A stretch of DNA of 64,000 bases from a virus (taxonomy: Duplodnaviria > Caudoviricetes). The notes below the pieces were generated by a model. The model was not told the origin of the DNA. It made no database searches and saw only the letters and a program-made list of their open reading frames with translations. Location: the IMG/VR virus record IMGVR_UViG_3300030376_004602, positions 19,268-83,267 of that record, one strand, 5' to 3'. The translations under genes and the position numbers were made by a program. This document shows, piece by piece, positions 25,448-34,946 of this stretch; positions within the stretch are counted from its first letter, which is position 1; each line of letters opens with the position of its first letter.

Positions 25448-25900
25448 TTATCTACGATCTTGAGCACTTGTTCCATAATAGTAAGCAAAGATGTTACCGA
25501 TAACAACTCCTTCGATCATACCCATAAGGTGAACAAATAGGTCATTATCAGTAACGCCTTCTACATATACCACAGCATAAATTAGAAATACAAAAGATGC
25601 TAGGCCTATAAGACCTGTAATAAACATCATCCAGTCTTGCTTGCCTGCTTTCTTAACTTCTACCTCTCTCATACGGGCAGAGTCTCTATCAGCTACTTCT
25701 AGCTCATACATCTCTTTTACCATAGATTGGGCAGCAGCTCTGTCTTCAGAACTCAGGTCAGGAGTCTTGTCAATAATCTTTTTGACTATTCCAAGTGCAC
25801 CTGCCTCTGGCAAAAAGTCTCCAACAGTATCTAAAATATCTGGAGCTTTGTCTTTTAGCCACTTACCTAGCTTTGTATCTTTAAATTTCTTCTTAGCCAT
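25448..25900 (-). CDS. Holin-like membrane protein (3TM holin family-like)
   Basis: DRDSARMRE motif, then two hydrophobic helices ending YYYGTS. Confidence 0.6.
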   Translation of the reverse strand: MAKKKFKDTKLGKWLKDKAPDILDTVGDFLPEAGALGIVKKIIDKTPDLSSEDRAAAQSMVKEMYELEVADRDSARMREVEVKKAGKQDWMMFITGLIGLASFVFLIYAVVYVEGVTDNDLFVHLMGMIEGVVIGNIFAYYYGTSAQDRR

Positions 25901-25911
25901 AGACTACAAAG

Positions 25912-26598
25912 TTACCATAAAATGCGGTATTCTCCACCATTTGACTTCTCTAATATAGAATTAGCTTGGTCAAAGTTTGGACATTTCCAATCTATTTTCT
26001 TATAGCTAGCATATGCTGGATGCACAAACTCAAGAACATTGCAGTTCTTTATCAAAGGCTTGTACGCTTTAGCATGTCCACCCCATAGCATAAAGATGCA
26101 ATCAGGTCTGTGCTCAGCTATAGTCTTCAACACACCTTCAGTAAACTTCTTCCAATACTTTGTATGAGAACCAGCTCGTCCTCTCTCTACAGTCAGAGCT
26201 GTATTAAGCATAAGCACTCCTTGCTCAGCCCAAGACTTCATAGACAGATCAAGCACAAAGTGAGAATGGCCAATAGCACCACTATGATGATAGTCCTCTA
26301 TCTTTTTTAAAGATGGACTTACTTTTACATTACTAGGACTCCAGGTATTAGCAAACGCTAGACCTGTAGCAGAACCATCGTGGTACGGGTCCTGACCTAG
26401 TATTACTACTCTTAGATCTTCCCAAGGGGTTTCTCTAAAAGCACGGAAAATATTCTTCTTACTTGGGTAGATAGTTTTCTGGGCCGACTCGCTCTTAATC
26501 TTATTAACAAGCTTATCAGCATACTCAGAAGAAAGAAGGTCAGCTAAAGCAGCTGACCATCCATCTCCGAGTTGTTTATTCCAAAACTCAGTTTTCAT
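25912..26598 (-). CDS. ung: Uracil-DNA glycosylase, family 1
   Basis: VVILGQDPYH, QGVLMLNTALTV, FMLWG and HPAYAS motifs. Confidence 0.95.
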   Translation of the reverse strand: MKTEFWNKQLGDGWSAALADLLSSEYADKLVNKIKSESAQKTIYPSKKNIFRAFRETPWEDLRVVILGQDPYHDGSATGLAFANTWSPSNVKVSPSLKKIEDYHHSGAIGHSHFVLDLSMKSWAEQGVLMLNTALTVERGRAGSHTKYWKKFTEGVLKTIAEHRPDCIFMLWGGHAKAYKPLIKNCNVLEFVHPAYASYKKIDWKCPNFDQANSILEKSNGGEYRILW

Positions 26599-27179
26599 TC
26601 ATTAAACATTTTATTAGGAGATAAAGAAGTAGCCTTGCTCTTAGCCCGTAAATAATCCTTCAAGTCTGGAGTTATTATATCATATCTGGGATTCCAGATA
26701 GACCATAACTCCTGCTCTTTAGATAGGCTAATACCAAGATTTTTTTCTTTTAACTCTCTTAGTTTATCACTCTTTTTAAATACATGGTGTAGTACTCTGT
26801 TATCTTCCATAACTCCAAACTTAAAACAAGATCCTTTGGAGATAAGATCAAACGAAGAGTATTTACCCTGCTTAAAAGCTTCATAAGCATTCTTATATTT
26901 TTCATTAATACTAAAGACTTTAACACCAAAGAAAGTATCTACTATGTCGTAGCTGTTTACAAAGTTGTCTCTGTCTTCTAAGTACTTTTCAAATACATTA
27001 AAATGATTATCCTGCTTGTTACTATGTATAATAAATAGATGATCCTTCTTATACTTCATTACGTCTTCGTCGTACATATAAGCATTGATAAGTCTATTCT
27101 TAAACACTTCGGCAGGTATTTCTAACATTGGAAGAAGAAATACACTACAAGTATTTATATTACTATATTTCGAACTCAT
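26595..27179 (-). CDS. Hypothetical phage protein (194 aa)
   Basis: Intact ORF packed within the operon. No motif recognised. Confidence 0.7.
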   Translation of the reverse strand: MSSKYSNINTCSVFLLPMLEIPAEVFKNRLINAYMYDEDVMKYKKDHLFIIHSNKQDNHFNVFEKYLEDRDNFVNSYDIVDTFFGVKVFSINEKYKNAYEAFKQGKYSSFDLISKGSCFKFGVMEDNRVLHHVFKKSDKLRELKEKNLGISLSKEQELWSIWNPRYDIITPDLKDYLRAKSKATSLSPNKMFNE

Positions 27180-28098
27180 GGGTTTCTCCTGCTTCTATAT
27201 AATCCATACTATGATCCCACTTATCATGTGTTGTATGATAAGCAAGAAGGTCAAAAGCATCGCTTACACCTTTGTAAGTTCTACCATTAACCTCAAAAGA
27301 ATCGAAATTAGTTGGAATCGTATAAACTTCAGGAGAAAAGAATGTGTTTGAATCGAGAACAAGAAGCTGAGGGTCTAGTACAGTATAACCAGGTAAGCAC
27401 TCTTCCATCAAAGCTATCGTGTAGAAAGCTAGCTGAAAGTCATAACGATACCTAAGTATTGAACTCTTGAAGCCTAGAAACTGGCTAGTAGTTTTAATAT
27501 CGACTACCCGCATTGTCTTAGCCTCATGATCAATATGTACAATATCTATCTCACCCTTACAGTTAAACCCTTTATAAAGAAAGGTAACAACATGTTTGAA
27601 CTTATTATCCTTAGACAGATACTTAACCATACTAGGGTTTGATTCAACCATGATTGCAAGAGACTGAGCTTTATCATAGTCTTCCTGAGAGATAATAATT
27701 CTATCTCCAGTAGACGCAATAAAGTCTAGATAGTCAGAGCCCAATGCCTTAAGTTTATTGTAGGCAGTCTCTGCTTTCCACTTAGTCTGGTAGCCTGCTT
27801 CCATACGTATCTCATCTACAAGTGTAGCTTCAATACTATCAAAGTCAGCAACTCCTCTAGCGGCATACAGTGCTTCAACAACCTCCTTGACTTTATCTGT
27901 AGGCATATCAACATCGCAGATAATATACTTATCATCTATTTCTTCAGGACTCATTAACAAGACATCCTCTACAAACTGACCAAAAGTAAAATAGGACTTC
28001 TCCTCTCTTTCTTCTTGATGCATATACAACTTCGGATGTATAAGTATCTTCTTTAGGCGGGATTGATTAACCGCGTCTATCTTTCTATAATCACTCAT
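27163..28098 (-). CDS. PD-(D/E)XK exonuclease (RecE/DUF3799-like)
   Basis: NQSRLK at the N-terminus, KGEID, VVDIKTT and YRYDFQLAFY. Confidence 0.85.
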   Translation of the reverse strand: MSDYRKIDAVNQSRLKKILIHPKLYMHQEEREEKSYFTFGQFVEDVLLMSPEEIDDKYIICDVDMPTDKVKEVVEALYAARGVADFDSIEATLVDEIRMEAGYQTKWKAETAYNKLKALGSDYLDFIASTGDRIIISQEDYDKAQSLAIMVESNPSMVKYLSKDNKFKHVVTFLYKGFNCKGEIDIVHIDHEAKTMRVVDIKTTSQFLGFKSSILRYRYDFQLAFYTIALMEECLPGYTVLDPQLLVLDSNTFFSPEVYTIPTNFDSFEVNGRTYKGVSDAFDLLAYHTTHDKWDHSMDYIEAGETHEFEI

Positions 28099-28573
28099 CA
28101 GTGTTGTATTTTATTTCATAAACTAATTTTCTCTGCTCAAAATTCTTAACATAGTGAACAGAGTACGCCGTACTATTGAGATACTCTACAGTATCATCAG
28201 GCAGTACACCTGCCTTGACTAGACCGTCGTTCAAAGACTTTAACCATATGAACGCAAGGTTGTCAAGGTCCCAGTTGGGCTTATACCTATCATGGGGAGG
28301 TTTCCAAGTAATGTTTCCTTTAACCATTCTAACAGATCCATAATTAATTGGGACATAGATTCGCAGATGCGTACCCACAGGAGCCGGAACTTCCAGCCCT
28401 GTAGGTATATGTGCATCTACAAAATCATGAATCTGTCGAATAGTCTTCTCTCGAACGAAATGATTAATGCCCGCATAAATCTTGTTGTAACCAAGCTTCA
28501 TGCTTTTAGTCTTAGAAATCTTTACGTGAGAAGGAAACTTAGGAAGAACGATTTTAGTTTTCTTCCGAGCCAT
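28091..28573 (-). CDS. RusA-like Holliday junction resolvase
   Basis: KPNWDLDNL...LNDGL...LPDD motif. Start moved to MARKK (28573). Confidence 0.7.
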   Translation of the reverse strand: MARKKTKIVLPKFPSHVKISKTKSMKLGYNKIYAGINHFVREKTIRQIHDFVDAHIPTGLEVPAPVGTHLRIYVPINYGSVRMVKGNITWKPPHDRYKPNWDLDNLAFIWLKSLNDGLVKAGVLPDDTVEYLNSTAYSVHYVKNFEQRKLVYEIKYNTDE

Positions 28574-29822
28574 ACAGACTATAAACTCTACCATCGGTGC
28601 GTCCCATCAACTCCTCCGGATCAATCTCAATAATATTATTGAAGATAGATTGAATACTAGATTCGGTAATCTCGGTAGGAATTAGGTATTCATCGGAACA
28701 TTCAGTAGTGTTTATATTCTTTAACATTGCCGCAATCTCGCTAGCAGTGATAGTCTGATAATCATGTTCGAAAGTTCTGGTTGGTACACCAATGATCTTT
28801 CCTTGATCGTCATACTTAGCTACACCAACAGCCATGTATTCTTTGACACGCATTTTACCACGGTCAGCATAAGGAATAGCACGAACATTCATTGGGTTAA
28901 CAAGACAGATCAAACCAGAATTACCAAAGTAGTTCTTAGTCAACCAGTTCTCACCAGCTACATGTAGACCTCTAGAACACTCATTACGAGGGTTGCTATC
29001 GATCTGAGACTCAGGTAAACTTACAGGCTTACCAAACTCAATATGAGTACGACGAGAGTAATGGTCAGTGTATACAACCTTTTGACCACTGTTCTCAAAG
29101 ACATCTACAAGCTCAGCAACGTTACCAATAAAGGAACCGCCGTCTGTACCGCCTTCAGAGTATCCTGTATCCTCATCATGAACCTCGAACTTACCATCGT
29201 AATTACGAGAGATATTCATGTTGCTGATATCAAGACCCATACCTTTCCATACAGGTAGAGATGCATAGATAAAGTCATGAAGGTTGATGTCACTTACCAT
29301 AGCATCTTTCTTGTCAGCGTTACGATAAACAACCAAGTAACCTTTATCGGTTAGCTTGATACCATGCTTATCGCAGAACTCGAACAAACGATCTCTGGTA
29401 TCTGGATTAGGGTTAAGACAAGCAAGGCTCCAGAACTTCATCAAAGCAGAAGTATCTTTCTCATTACCCTTACGAGCCATAAACTCTCGTACTACAGTTT
29501 CAGGCATTGCTATATCTATACCTCTAGCATAGACACGATTGCCTTTGACTTCTAGATACTCATGACCATTCTGACGAATGTCTGTCATAAGTTCTACAAT
29601 GTCTCGTTCTTCTTCGACCTTAGCATGTGCTTCAAGAGCCTGAGAGATTTGAGACTCAGCAGAGTAGCTGAATATTTCAGCTACTTCTACCAAGTTTAGA
29701 TCCTCAGAGTCCTGTAATTTGCTAAGAGCAGATTCAGTTTCTTCACCATTGGTGAAAGTCTTTTGGAAGGTAGTCCCTTCCACGACGGCAATCAAAGTAT
29801 TGCCACTTCTAAAATACTGCAT
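28554..29822 (-). CDS. rIIB: rIIB-like protein
   Basis: FWSLACLNP, LTDKGYLVVY, CSRGLHVA, LVNPMNVRAIP and KMRVKEY match the rIIB pattern. Adjacent to rIIA. Confidence 0.85.
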   Translation of the reverse strand: MQYFRSGNTLIAVVEGTTFQKTFTNGEETESALSKLQDSEDLNLVEVAEIFSYSAESQISQALEAHAKVEEERDIVELMTDIRQNGHEYLEVKGNRVYARGIDIAMPETVVREFMARKGNEKDTSALMKFWSLACLNPNPDTRDRLFEFCDKHGIKLTDKGYLVVYRNADKKDAMVSDINLHDFIYASLPVWKGMGLDISNMNISRNYDGKFEVHDEDTGYSEGGTDGGSFIGNVAELVDVFENSGQKVVYTDHYSRRTHIEFGKPVSLPESQIDSNPRNECSRGLHVAGENWLTKNYFGNSGLICLVNPMNVRAIPYADRGKMRVKEYMAVGVAKYDDQGKIIGVPTRTFEHDYQTITASEIAAMLKNINTTECSDEYLIPTEITESSIQSIFNNIIEIDPEELMGRTDGRVYSLYGSEEN

Positions 29823-29826
29823 AGTA

Positions 29827-32061
29827 TTACAGATTATTGATTAATAAATAAGATTTAATTTTACGATACTTAAGAGCCACAGGGCGATTTGGAAACATCC
29901 TACATGCAATGATTACTTTAGCATCAGTATTATGTGCTCCTAGTCTATTACATGTATTCTCCAAAATAACATGATCCTTGTACCAAGACCTAAGAGCTGG
30001 AAACTTATCCATCTTCAGTTCCTTACCTTGAAGTTCAAAGATCTTAAGTAAGTGATCTATGAACTCTTTCGGCAACCTCCTCATATAGTCTCTAGAATAT
30101 TTAGCATGTTGATGATACGGAATCTCACTAGGCTTCCTGAAGACAGAATGGATATTCCACAGATCCACTAATTTACCAAATTTACTGAAGAAAACAAAGG
30201 ATTCAAGTATCTCATTTTCAGATAAATACCAGTTATTTAGGCTGATGATATTCTCATTCTGTTCCTCCAAGATCTCCATGACCTCAGCATCTTTTTTAGC
30301 TACCGAGATGAGCTTTATTCCAGCCCTAGCATGAAAGTTTTGGAGCATCCTATAGGTACACTTAAGAGCAAGATCGTCACTTCTAGTAGACCATATTACA
30401 AGATGCTTAGACTTGAGCTCATCTATCTTACTCTTTTCAAGGTCAGCAGTAACATGTATGTTTTCAAGCTGGCCCCAGCTAGTAGTCTCAGTCTCACGAT
30501 AGTTCTTGTATCTGATCTCACCAGATCCTACAACTACACGAGAAATACTAGCCTTAGCCTTCTTCTCAAAGTCATCAGGTACTTCGATCTCAGAATACTT
30601 GTAGTCAAAGAACAACTCAAAGTTCTCCTCTGCCCACTTCTGATGCCACTGTATCTGTTGTCTCCAAGTTGCCTTAGGAACAGCTTTGAGTTGTAACATA
30701 TACTTGTAGTCAGCAAGCTTTAACTGATCACGGTTGTCTACAAATAAATCTGCATAGGGTGATATAAACTGAGAGATCCATCTGTTCTTTCTAGGATCAG
30801 AGGGCTCATCCATAAGGATTCTCTTCGTATGTTGATGACGACTTGTAGTAGTAGTCTTACGATACCTGTCAGCCACATTGTACCAGTTGCAAGATATGTT
30901 CCTACCATTCTGAAGCCTTCTAAGATTGGACACAACTCTAGCAAACATGGAGCCTATAACAGTAGAACTATAATACTCTTTCTTCAAACACTTACTACTC
31001 AGATAAGGGTTAGGCCCATAAGTAATTCCAGAAATATCTACCTGATTTGCTAAGAACTCGGGTAACACCAAAGAGTAAGAGTCGCTAAACCTTACTTGAA
31101 CATTACCAGTCTTAGCATCGATATACGCTTGTAGATCATCTATCTCCTTAGTCTTAGGAGTAGCCAGGTCTATGAGCTCTTTCTCTGCTGCAGCAATCTT
31201 ATTTCTAATCTTACTAACAGCATCATCAGTGTAACGAATATCTTCACGAGTAAAGATTACAGGTAGATCCCCAATCTCAAATATAAGTGCTATAGGTATG
31301 TCTATCTCAGTCTTACCTATCGCTTCCCAGTTAATAGGATAAGCTACATTGCCGATAACAAGATGCATAGCCTTCAAAGTACAGCTAGGCTTTACTTGAA
31401 AGTTTCTGCCCTTGTATACAACAAAGTCTTCGTTTAGTGAGTCAAGCTTACCGCCATAGTGCACATTGTCGAAGTAAGTCAGCTGTTGTTCAGTCTTACG
31501 AACAAACTTATCCTGCTCATCCCAGTTGTCTTTCAGGTAGATTTTAATCTGAGTACCATTACGCTTGTCTGTAGGATAGAAATCCATAAGAGCAAGGGTA
31601 GGAGCATCAGTAGTTTTGTGCAACATGTATCTGTACTCTGTTCCATCGAACCTAGTACGGATGTGCACAACATCAGTATAACCAAGACCAGACTTAGAGC
31701 CCATACCAAAGGCACCGATCTGATCATTAGTTTCTTCTTTAGTAGAAGTCAAATACTTCATGAAGATATTCTTGCACCTATCTTCCGATAGACCTACACC
31801 GAAATCTTCACAAGCCCAGTACCAACCAGACTGATCTTCTTCTAAAGTAACATAAACAGGAGTGTTGACCCCAGCTTCTATGTGAGAGTCGAAGCAGTTG
31901 CTTACATACTCTCTAATCAAAGAGGCAATAGGATCTCTGTACGGAGACTGTAGCAAGTCCCACATCTTGTGGAGTTTATCTTGCGCTAGTTCCGCTTTAA
32001 TAGATGTCATCTGCATGTTCGTCTTTACGTCCACTGCAGCTGACGAGGATTGTAGTTTCAT
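29827..32061 (-). CDS. rIIA: rIIA-like protein with N-terminal GHKL ATPase
   Basis: IREYVSNCFDSH, EDFGVGLS, STKEETNDQIGAFGMGSKS and NGTQIKI. Confidence 0.88.
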   Translation of the reverse strand: MKLQSSSAAVDVKTNMQMTSIKAELAQDKLHKMWDLLQSPYRDPIASLIREYVSNCFDSHIEAGVNTPVYVTLEEDQSGWYWACEDFGVGLSEDRCKNIFMKYLTSTKEETNDQIGAFGMGSKSGLGYTDVVHIRTRFDGTEYRYMLHKTTDAPTLALMDFYPTDKRNGTQIKIYLKDNWDEQDKFVRKTEQQLTYFDNVHYGGKLDSLNEDFVVYKGRNFQVKPSCTLKAMHLVIGNVAYPINWEAIGKTEIDIPIALIFEIGDLPVIFTREDIRYTDDAVSKIRNKIAAAEKELIDLATPKTKEIDDLQAYIDAKTGNVQVRFSDSYSLVLPEFLANQVDISGITYGPNPYLSSKCLKKEYYSSTVIGSMFARVVSNLRRLQNGRNISCNWYNVADRYRKTTTTSRHQHTKRILMDEPSDPRKNRWISQFISPYADLFVDNRDQLKLADYKYMLQLKAVPKATWRQQIQWHQKWAEENFELFFDYKYSEIEVPDDFEKKAKASISRVVVGSGEIRYKNYRETETTSWGQLENIHVTADLEKSKIDELKSKHLVIWSTRSDDLALKCTYRMLQNFHARAGIKLISVAKKDAEVMEILEEQNENIISLNNWYLSENEILESFVFFSKFGKLVDLWNIHSVFRKPSEIPYHQHAKYSRDYMRRLPKEFIDHLLKIFELQGKELKMDKFPALRSWYKDHVILENTCNRLGAHNTDAKVIIACRMFPNRPVALKYRKIKSYLLINNL

Positions 32062-33053
32062 ATCAGTAACTTTTGTAAAACACTATTAGCATTATACTTA
32101 CCGTGTGTTTTAATCAGATCACTGAAATCCTTAGACTTGTAGTTGTCAGGTATTTCAATCTGAGTTAGATTAAACTCAGACGCTATCTTTTTACCTAAAG
32201 TTCTACCAGGGTTATTAGGATTATCAAAGTCATTGTCGTATAGGACATAGACTTTATCAAACCTATCTTTTAATTGTTGAACGACATGTTGCTTAGGTTT
32301 CATAGCTTCGCCTTGTAGGGCTACAGCATTCATACCTGCAACATTTACGATACTCATTGTATCTTTTCTAGATGATGTGATGATCAAATGATCACCTGTC
32401 TCAGGGAGCTGAGACCAACCCTCCCATACGGATTGGTTGTTATTACTTATCCATTTTCGTTCTTCACTAAAAGGCTGATAAATCTTGAAGGTCAAGACTT
32501 TGTCTTTGAGTTCACGGTAAACATACGAACAATGGTCCGCCTTAACAGGATGACCATTGAAAAACATAAAATCAATAGGAGAAACCAAATATCTTTCAAG
32601 CGTTGGTTTATTAATTCCGAATTGCGTCCAAAAATCTTTATCACGAGGCTTCCATTTACGAGTTCTTATTCCAATCTCTACCTGCTTTTTTTCTGGAACA
32701 GGTACTCTTTTGATGGAAGTTGCAATCTTTTTGAAATCAGCGCCTTGTCTGATTCCAAAATCTCTAGCTATCACTTGTAAAGCTCCGGTAAAATCGGTCC
32801 CCATAGACTGAGCTACAAGGGACCAAATGTTACCATACTCGCCACTAGCAAAGTCTCTCCAATAAAGAAACCCTGTCCTCATCGTTACGCCGAACGACGG
32901 GACAGAGTCTTCTCTAAGTGGTGATTTATTTGCTACATCTAGCTGAAGTTTTGGAAAATAGTATTTAAGAATGTCATACTCTCCAACATGTCGGAGAATA
33001 TCTTCTTTATATACTATAGGATCATACAGACTACTGTTTAGATCAAATTCCAT
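32058..33053 (-). CDS. dnaG: DNA primase (Toprim)
   Basis: SPLREDSVPSF, WRDFASG, LIITSSRKD, ALQGE and VLYDND. Confidence 0.85.
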   Translation of the reverse strand: MEFDLNSSLYDPIVYKEDILRHVGEYDILKYYFPKLQLDVANKSPLREDSVPSFGVTMRTGFLYWRDFASGEYGNIWSLVAQSMGTDFTGALQVIARDFGIRQGADFKKIATSIKRVPVPEKKQVEIGIRTRKWKPRDKDFWTQFGINKPTLERYLVSPIDFMFFNGHPVKADHCSYVYRELKDKVLTFKIYQPFSEERKWISNNNQSVWEGWSQLPETGDHLIITSSRKDTMSIVNVAGMNAVALQGEAMKPKQHVVQQLKDRFDKVYVLYDNDFDNPNNPGRTLGKKIASEFNLTQIEIPDNYKSKDFSDLIKTHGKYNANSVLQKLLI

Positions 33054-33058
33054 TGAGA

Positions 33059-33085
33059 CAAAAAAAGAGCCTAAGATAAGGCTCT
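33059..33085 (-). terminator. Intrinsic terminator after the SSB-like gene
   Basis: On the - strand AGAGCCT-6 nt-AGGCTCT followed by a T-run. Confidence 0.75.
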
Positions 33086-33092
33086 ATTTTGA

Positions 33093-33680
33093 TTAATCCC
33101 AATCGTCGTCATCTGATGTAGTAGACGTAGCTACAGCACCAGATGTCTCTTCAGCAGCAGGGCGTTGGAAGTTTTCGATGTTACTATTACGTAGTCTAGT
33201 ATCATCTTTAAGAACGCTCATTGGCTCGATGAACGGCACAAAGTTACGAACACTTAGGTAGCGCTTCTCGTAACCATTAGTACCGTAGTTAGTCATTACA
33301 CGAACTGGCATTGCTAGTCCAGTGTCTTTGACCATCTTCATAACTCCGTCAAGGATAGCTTTCGGATTACCTGAAGGAAGCTGAGCATCATCACCACAGA
33401 AACAGTGGGCAATATGCTTAAGCTTTTTCAAGAAACGAATAATATTCTCGTCAGAGTCATCCTCTTTTGGATACCAGAAGGCCATGTTTACTTCTGCTCC
33501 GGCTGAATCAGCAAAGAAGATCTTGTAATCAGGAGCATTAGGATTCTCTTTATCGTCCTGCTTTGTACGCTCTAGTCGAGCCTTACAGTTATCAACTACA
33601 CCAGCAACTCCATTGTTAAAGATTGCTGAATTTGAACCTGCATCATAAGATGCGTCGTTAAGATTGAATGTCTTAGCCAT
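33093..33680 (-). CDS. Putative single-stranded DNA-binding protein
   Basis: Beta-rich aromatic core, acidic tail (SDDDDWD), position between the AAA and primase genes, own terminator. Confidence 0.6.
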   Translation of the reverse strand: MAKTFNLNDASYDAGSNSAIFNNGVAGVVDNCKARLERTKQDDKENPNAPDYKIFFADSAGAEVNMAFWYPKEDDSDENIIRFLKKLKHIAHCFCGDDAQLPSGNPKAILDGVMKMVKDTGLAMPVRVMTNYGTNGYEKRYLSVRNFVPFIEPMSVLKDDTRLRNSNIENFQRPAAEETSGAVATSTTSDDDDWD

Positions 33681-33699
33681 TCTTGTTAAAATTTAAGGA

Positions 33700-34233
33700 T
33701 TAATAATTATTAGATGTATAAGATACATCCGACTCATTAGTTTGAGTATCTCCGTTAGAAGAGTACAAAGCTTCTTGAGGGATGTCTAAAATAGAAAGCT
33801 GATCTTCATTAGCCTTTTCTTCCAAACTAACTTGGATAGCTTTAGGATCATTGCTTAGCATATCTCCAAAGATAAAGTTGCTATCAGCAGTTTCATCTAA
33901 GTTGTATGTCTTTACAAAGTAAGCCCATAGCTTGCTGTCTCTCATAGTCAGACCGCCATATTCTTTCTTAGACTTGACAGTGTAAGCCTGACCCTTAGGT
34001 AGTTCCATACCAGTAGTATTAACTACAACTGGAGAAGACTTAGTAAAGTCAAAAGCAATACTGCCTCCGTCTTCCAAACCAAGGGACTCACATGCTTCAG
34101 CATTAAGAACCATTACTTTGCTAGTACGAGGACCAGCATTCTTAAGTACTACAAGAGCTGGAGTACCTGTACAAAAATTAGTTGCAGCTGTTGATTTTCC
34201 CCGCTGCGAAGGGATTCCAAATGAAAACTCCAT
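33700..34233 (-). CDS. Hypothetical protein (177 aa)
   Basis: Intact operon ORF. Confidence 0.7.
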   Translation of the reverse strand: MEFSFGIPSQRGKSTAATNFCTGTPALVVLKNAGPRTSKVMVLNAEACESLGLEDGGSIAFDFTKSSPVVVNTTGMELPKGQAYTVKSKKEYGGLTMRDSKLWAYFVKTYNLDETADSNFIFGDMLSNDPKAIQVSLEEKANEDQLSILDIPQEALYSSNGDTQTNESDVSYTSNNY

Positions 34234-34244
34234 TATTTAATTTA

Positions 34245-34946
34245 TTAGAGGTTATAGTATGTACGAATAGACTCATCAACTAGACCAAGGTCATTGGCGA
34301 TAAAGTCGTCTTCGAATAATCCAATAGGACTTTTGCAGGTGTCTGCACCACTGTTAATAGTACGGAACCCAAACTTGATTCCTTGCCCAGCCATCTTAGA
34401 AGGCTCAGCATATAGAACAATAGAACTGAAAGACTCAGGGACAAACTTCTTAAGTTGTTGACCTTGAACAGCAATACGTTCTTGAGGGAAACCATCCTCA
34501 TCAAAGGTAGTCTCTGGGTGAGCAAAGAGGTAGACAATGATATCATCTCTAAGCTTATCGTTTACAATGTTCAGTAGATCGTACTGAGCACCAGCAAACT
34601 CTGCCCACTTATCAAAACCAGAACGTTTGCGGAAACGAGTAGACATCACAGTGTCAGTCTGAAGACGAGACCAAGTATCGATAACAATACTCTTAACATT
34701 CTCCTTCTTATGACACGGCTTCAAGATGTTCTCGATAACCGCCAAGGTATCATTGGTTTTGTAATAGTTACCTTTATCCTCTCCATACATTTTTGTAAAC
34801 CCAGGAGCAGGTAAAGGCTTTTGGTCCGTATTAACAATCACAGTAGACTTAGGGTCAAGACCCTTGATACCTACTTGATCAATAGGACAAATAGAAGTAG
34901 ACTTGCCGGAGCCAGATCTACCTACAACGTACACTAGTGTAGCCAT
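34245..34946 (-). CDS. AAA ATPase (Sak4/AAA_24-like recombination protein)
   Basis: Walker A GRSGSGKST, Walker B IVIDT, AHPE. Confidence 0.85.
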   Translation of the reverse strand: MATLVYVVGRSGSGKSTSICPIDQVGIKGLDPKSTVIVNTDQKPLPAPGFTKMYGEDKGNYYKTNDTLAVIENILKPCHKKENVKSIVIDTWSRLQTDTVMSTRFRKRSGFDKWAEFAGAQYDLLNIVNDKLRDDIIVYLFAHPETTFDEDGFPQERIAVQGQQLKKFVPESFSSIVLYAEPSKMAGQGIKFGFRTINSGADTCKSPIGLFEDDFIANDLGLVDESIRTYYNL

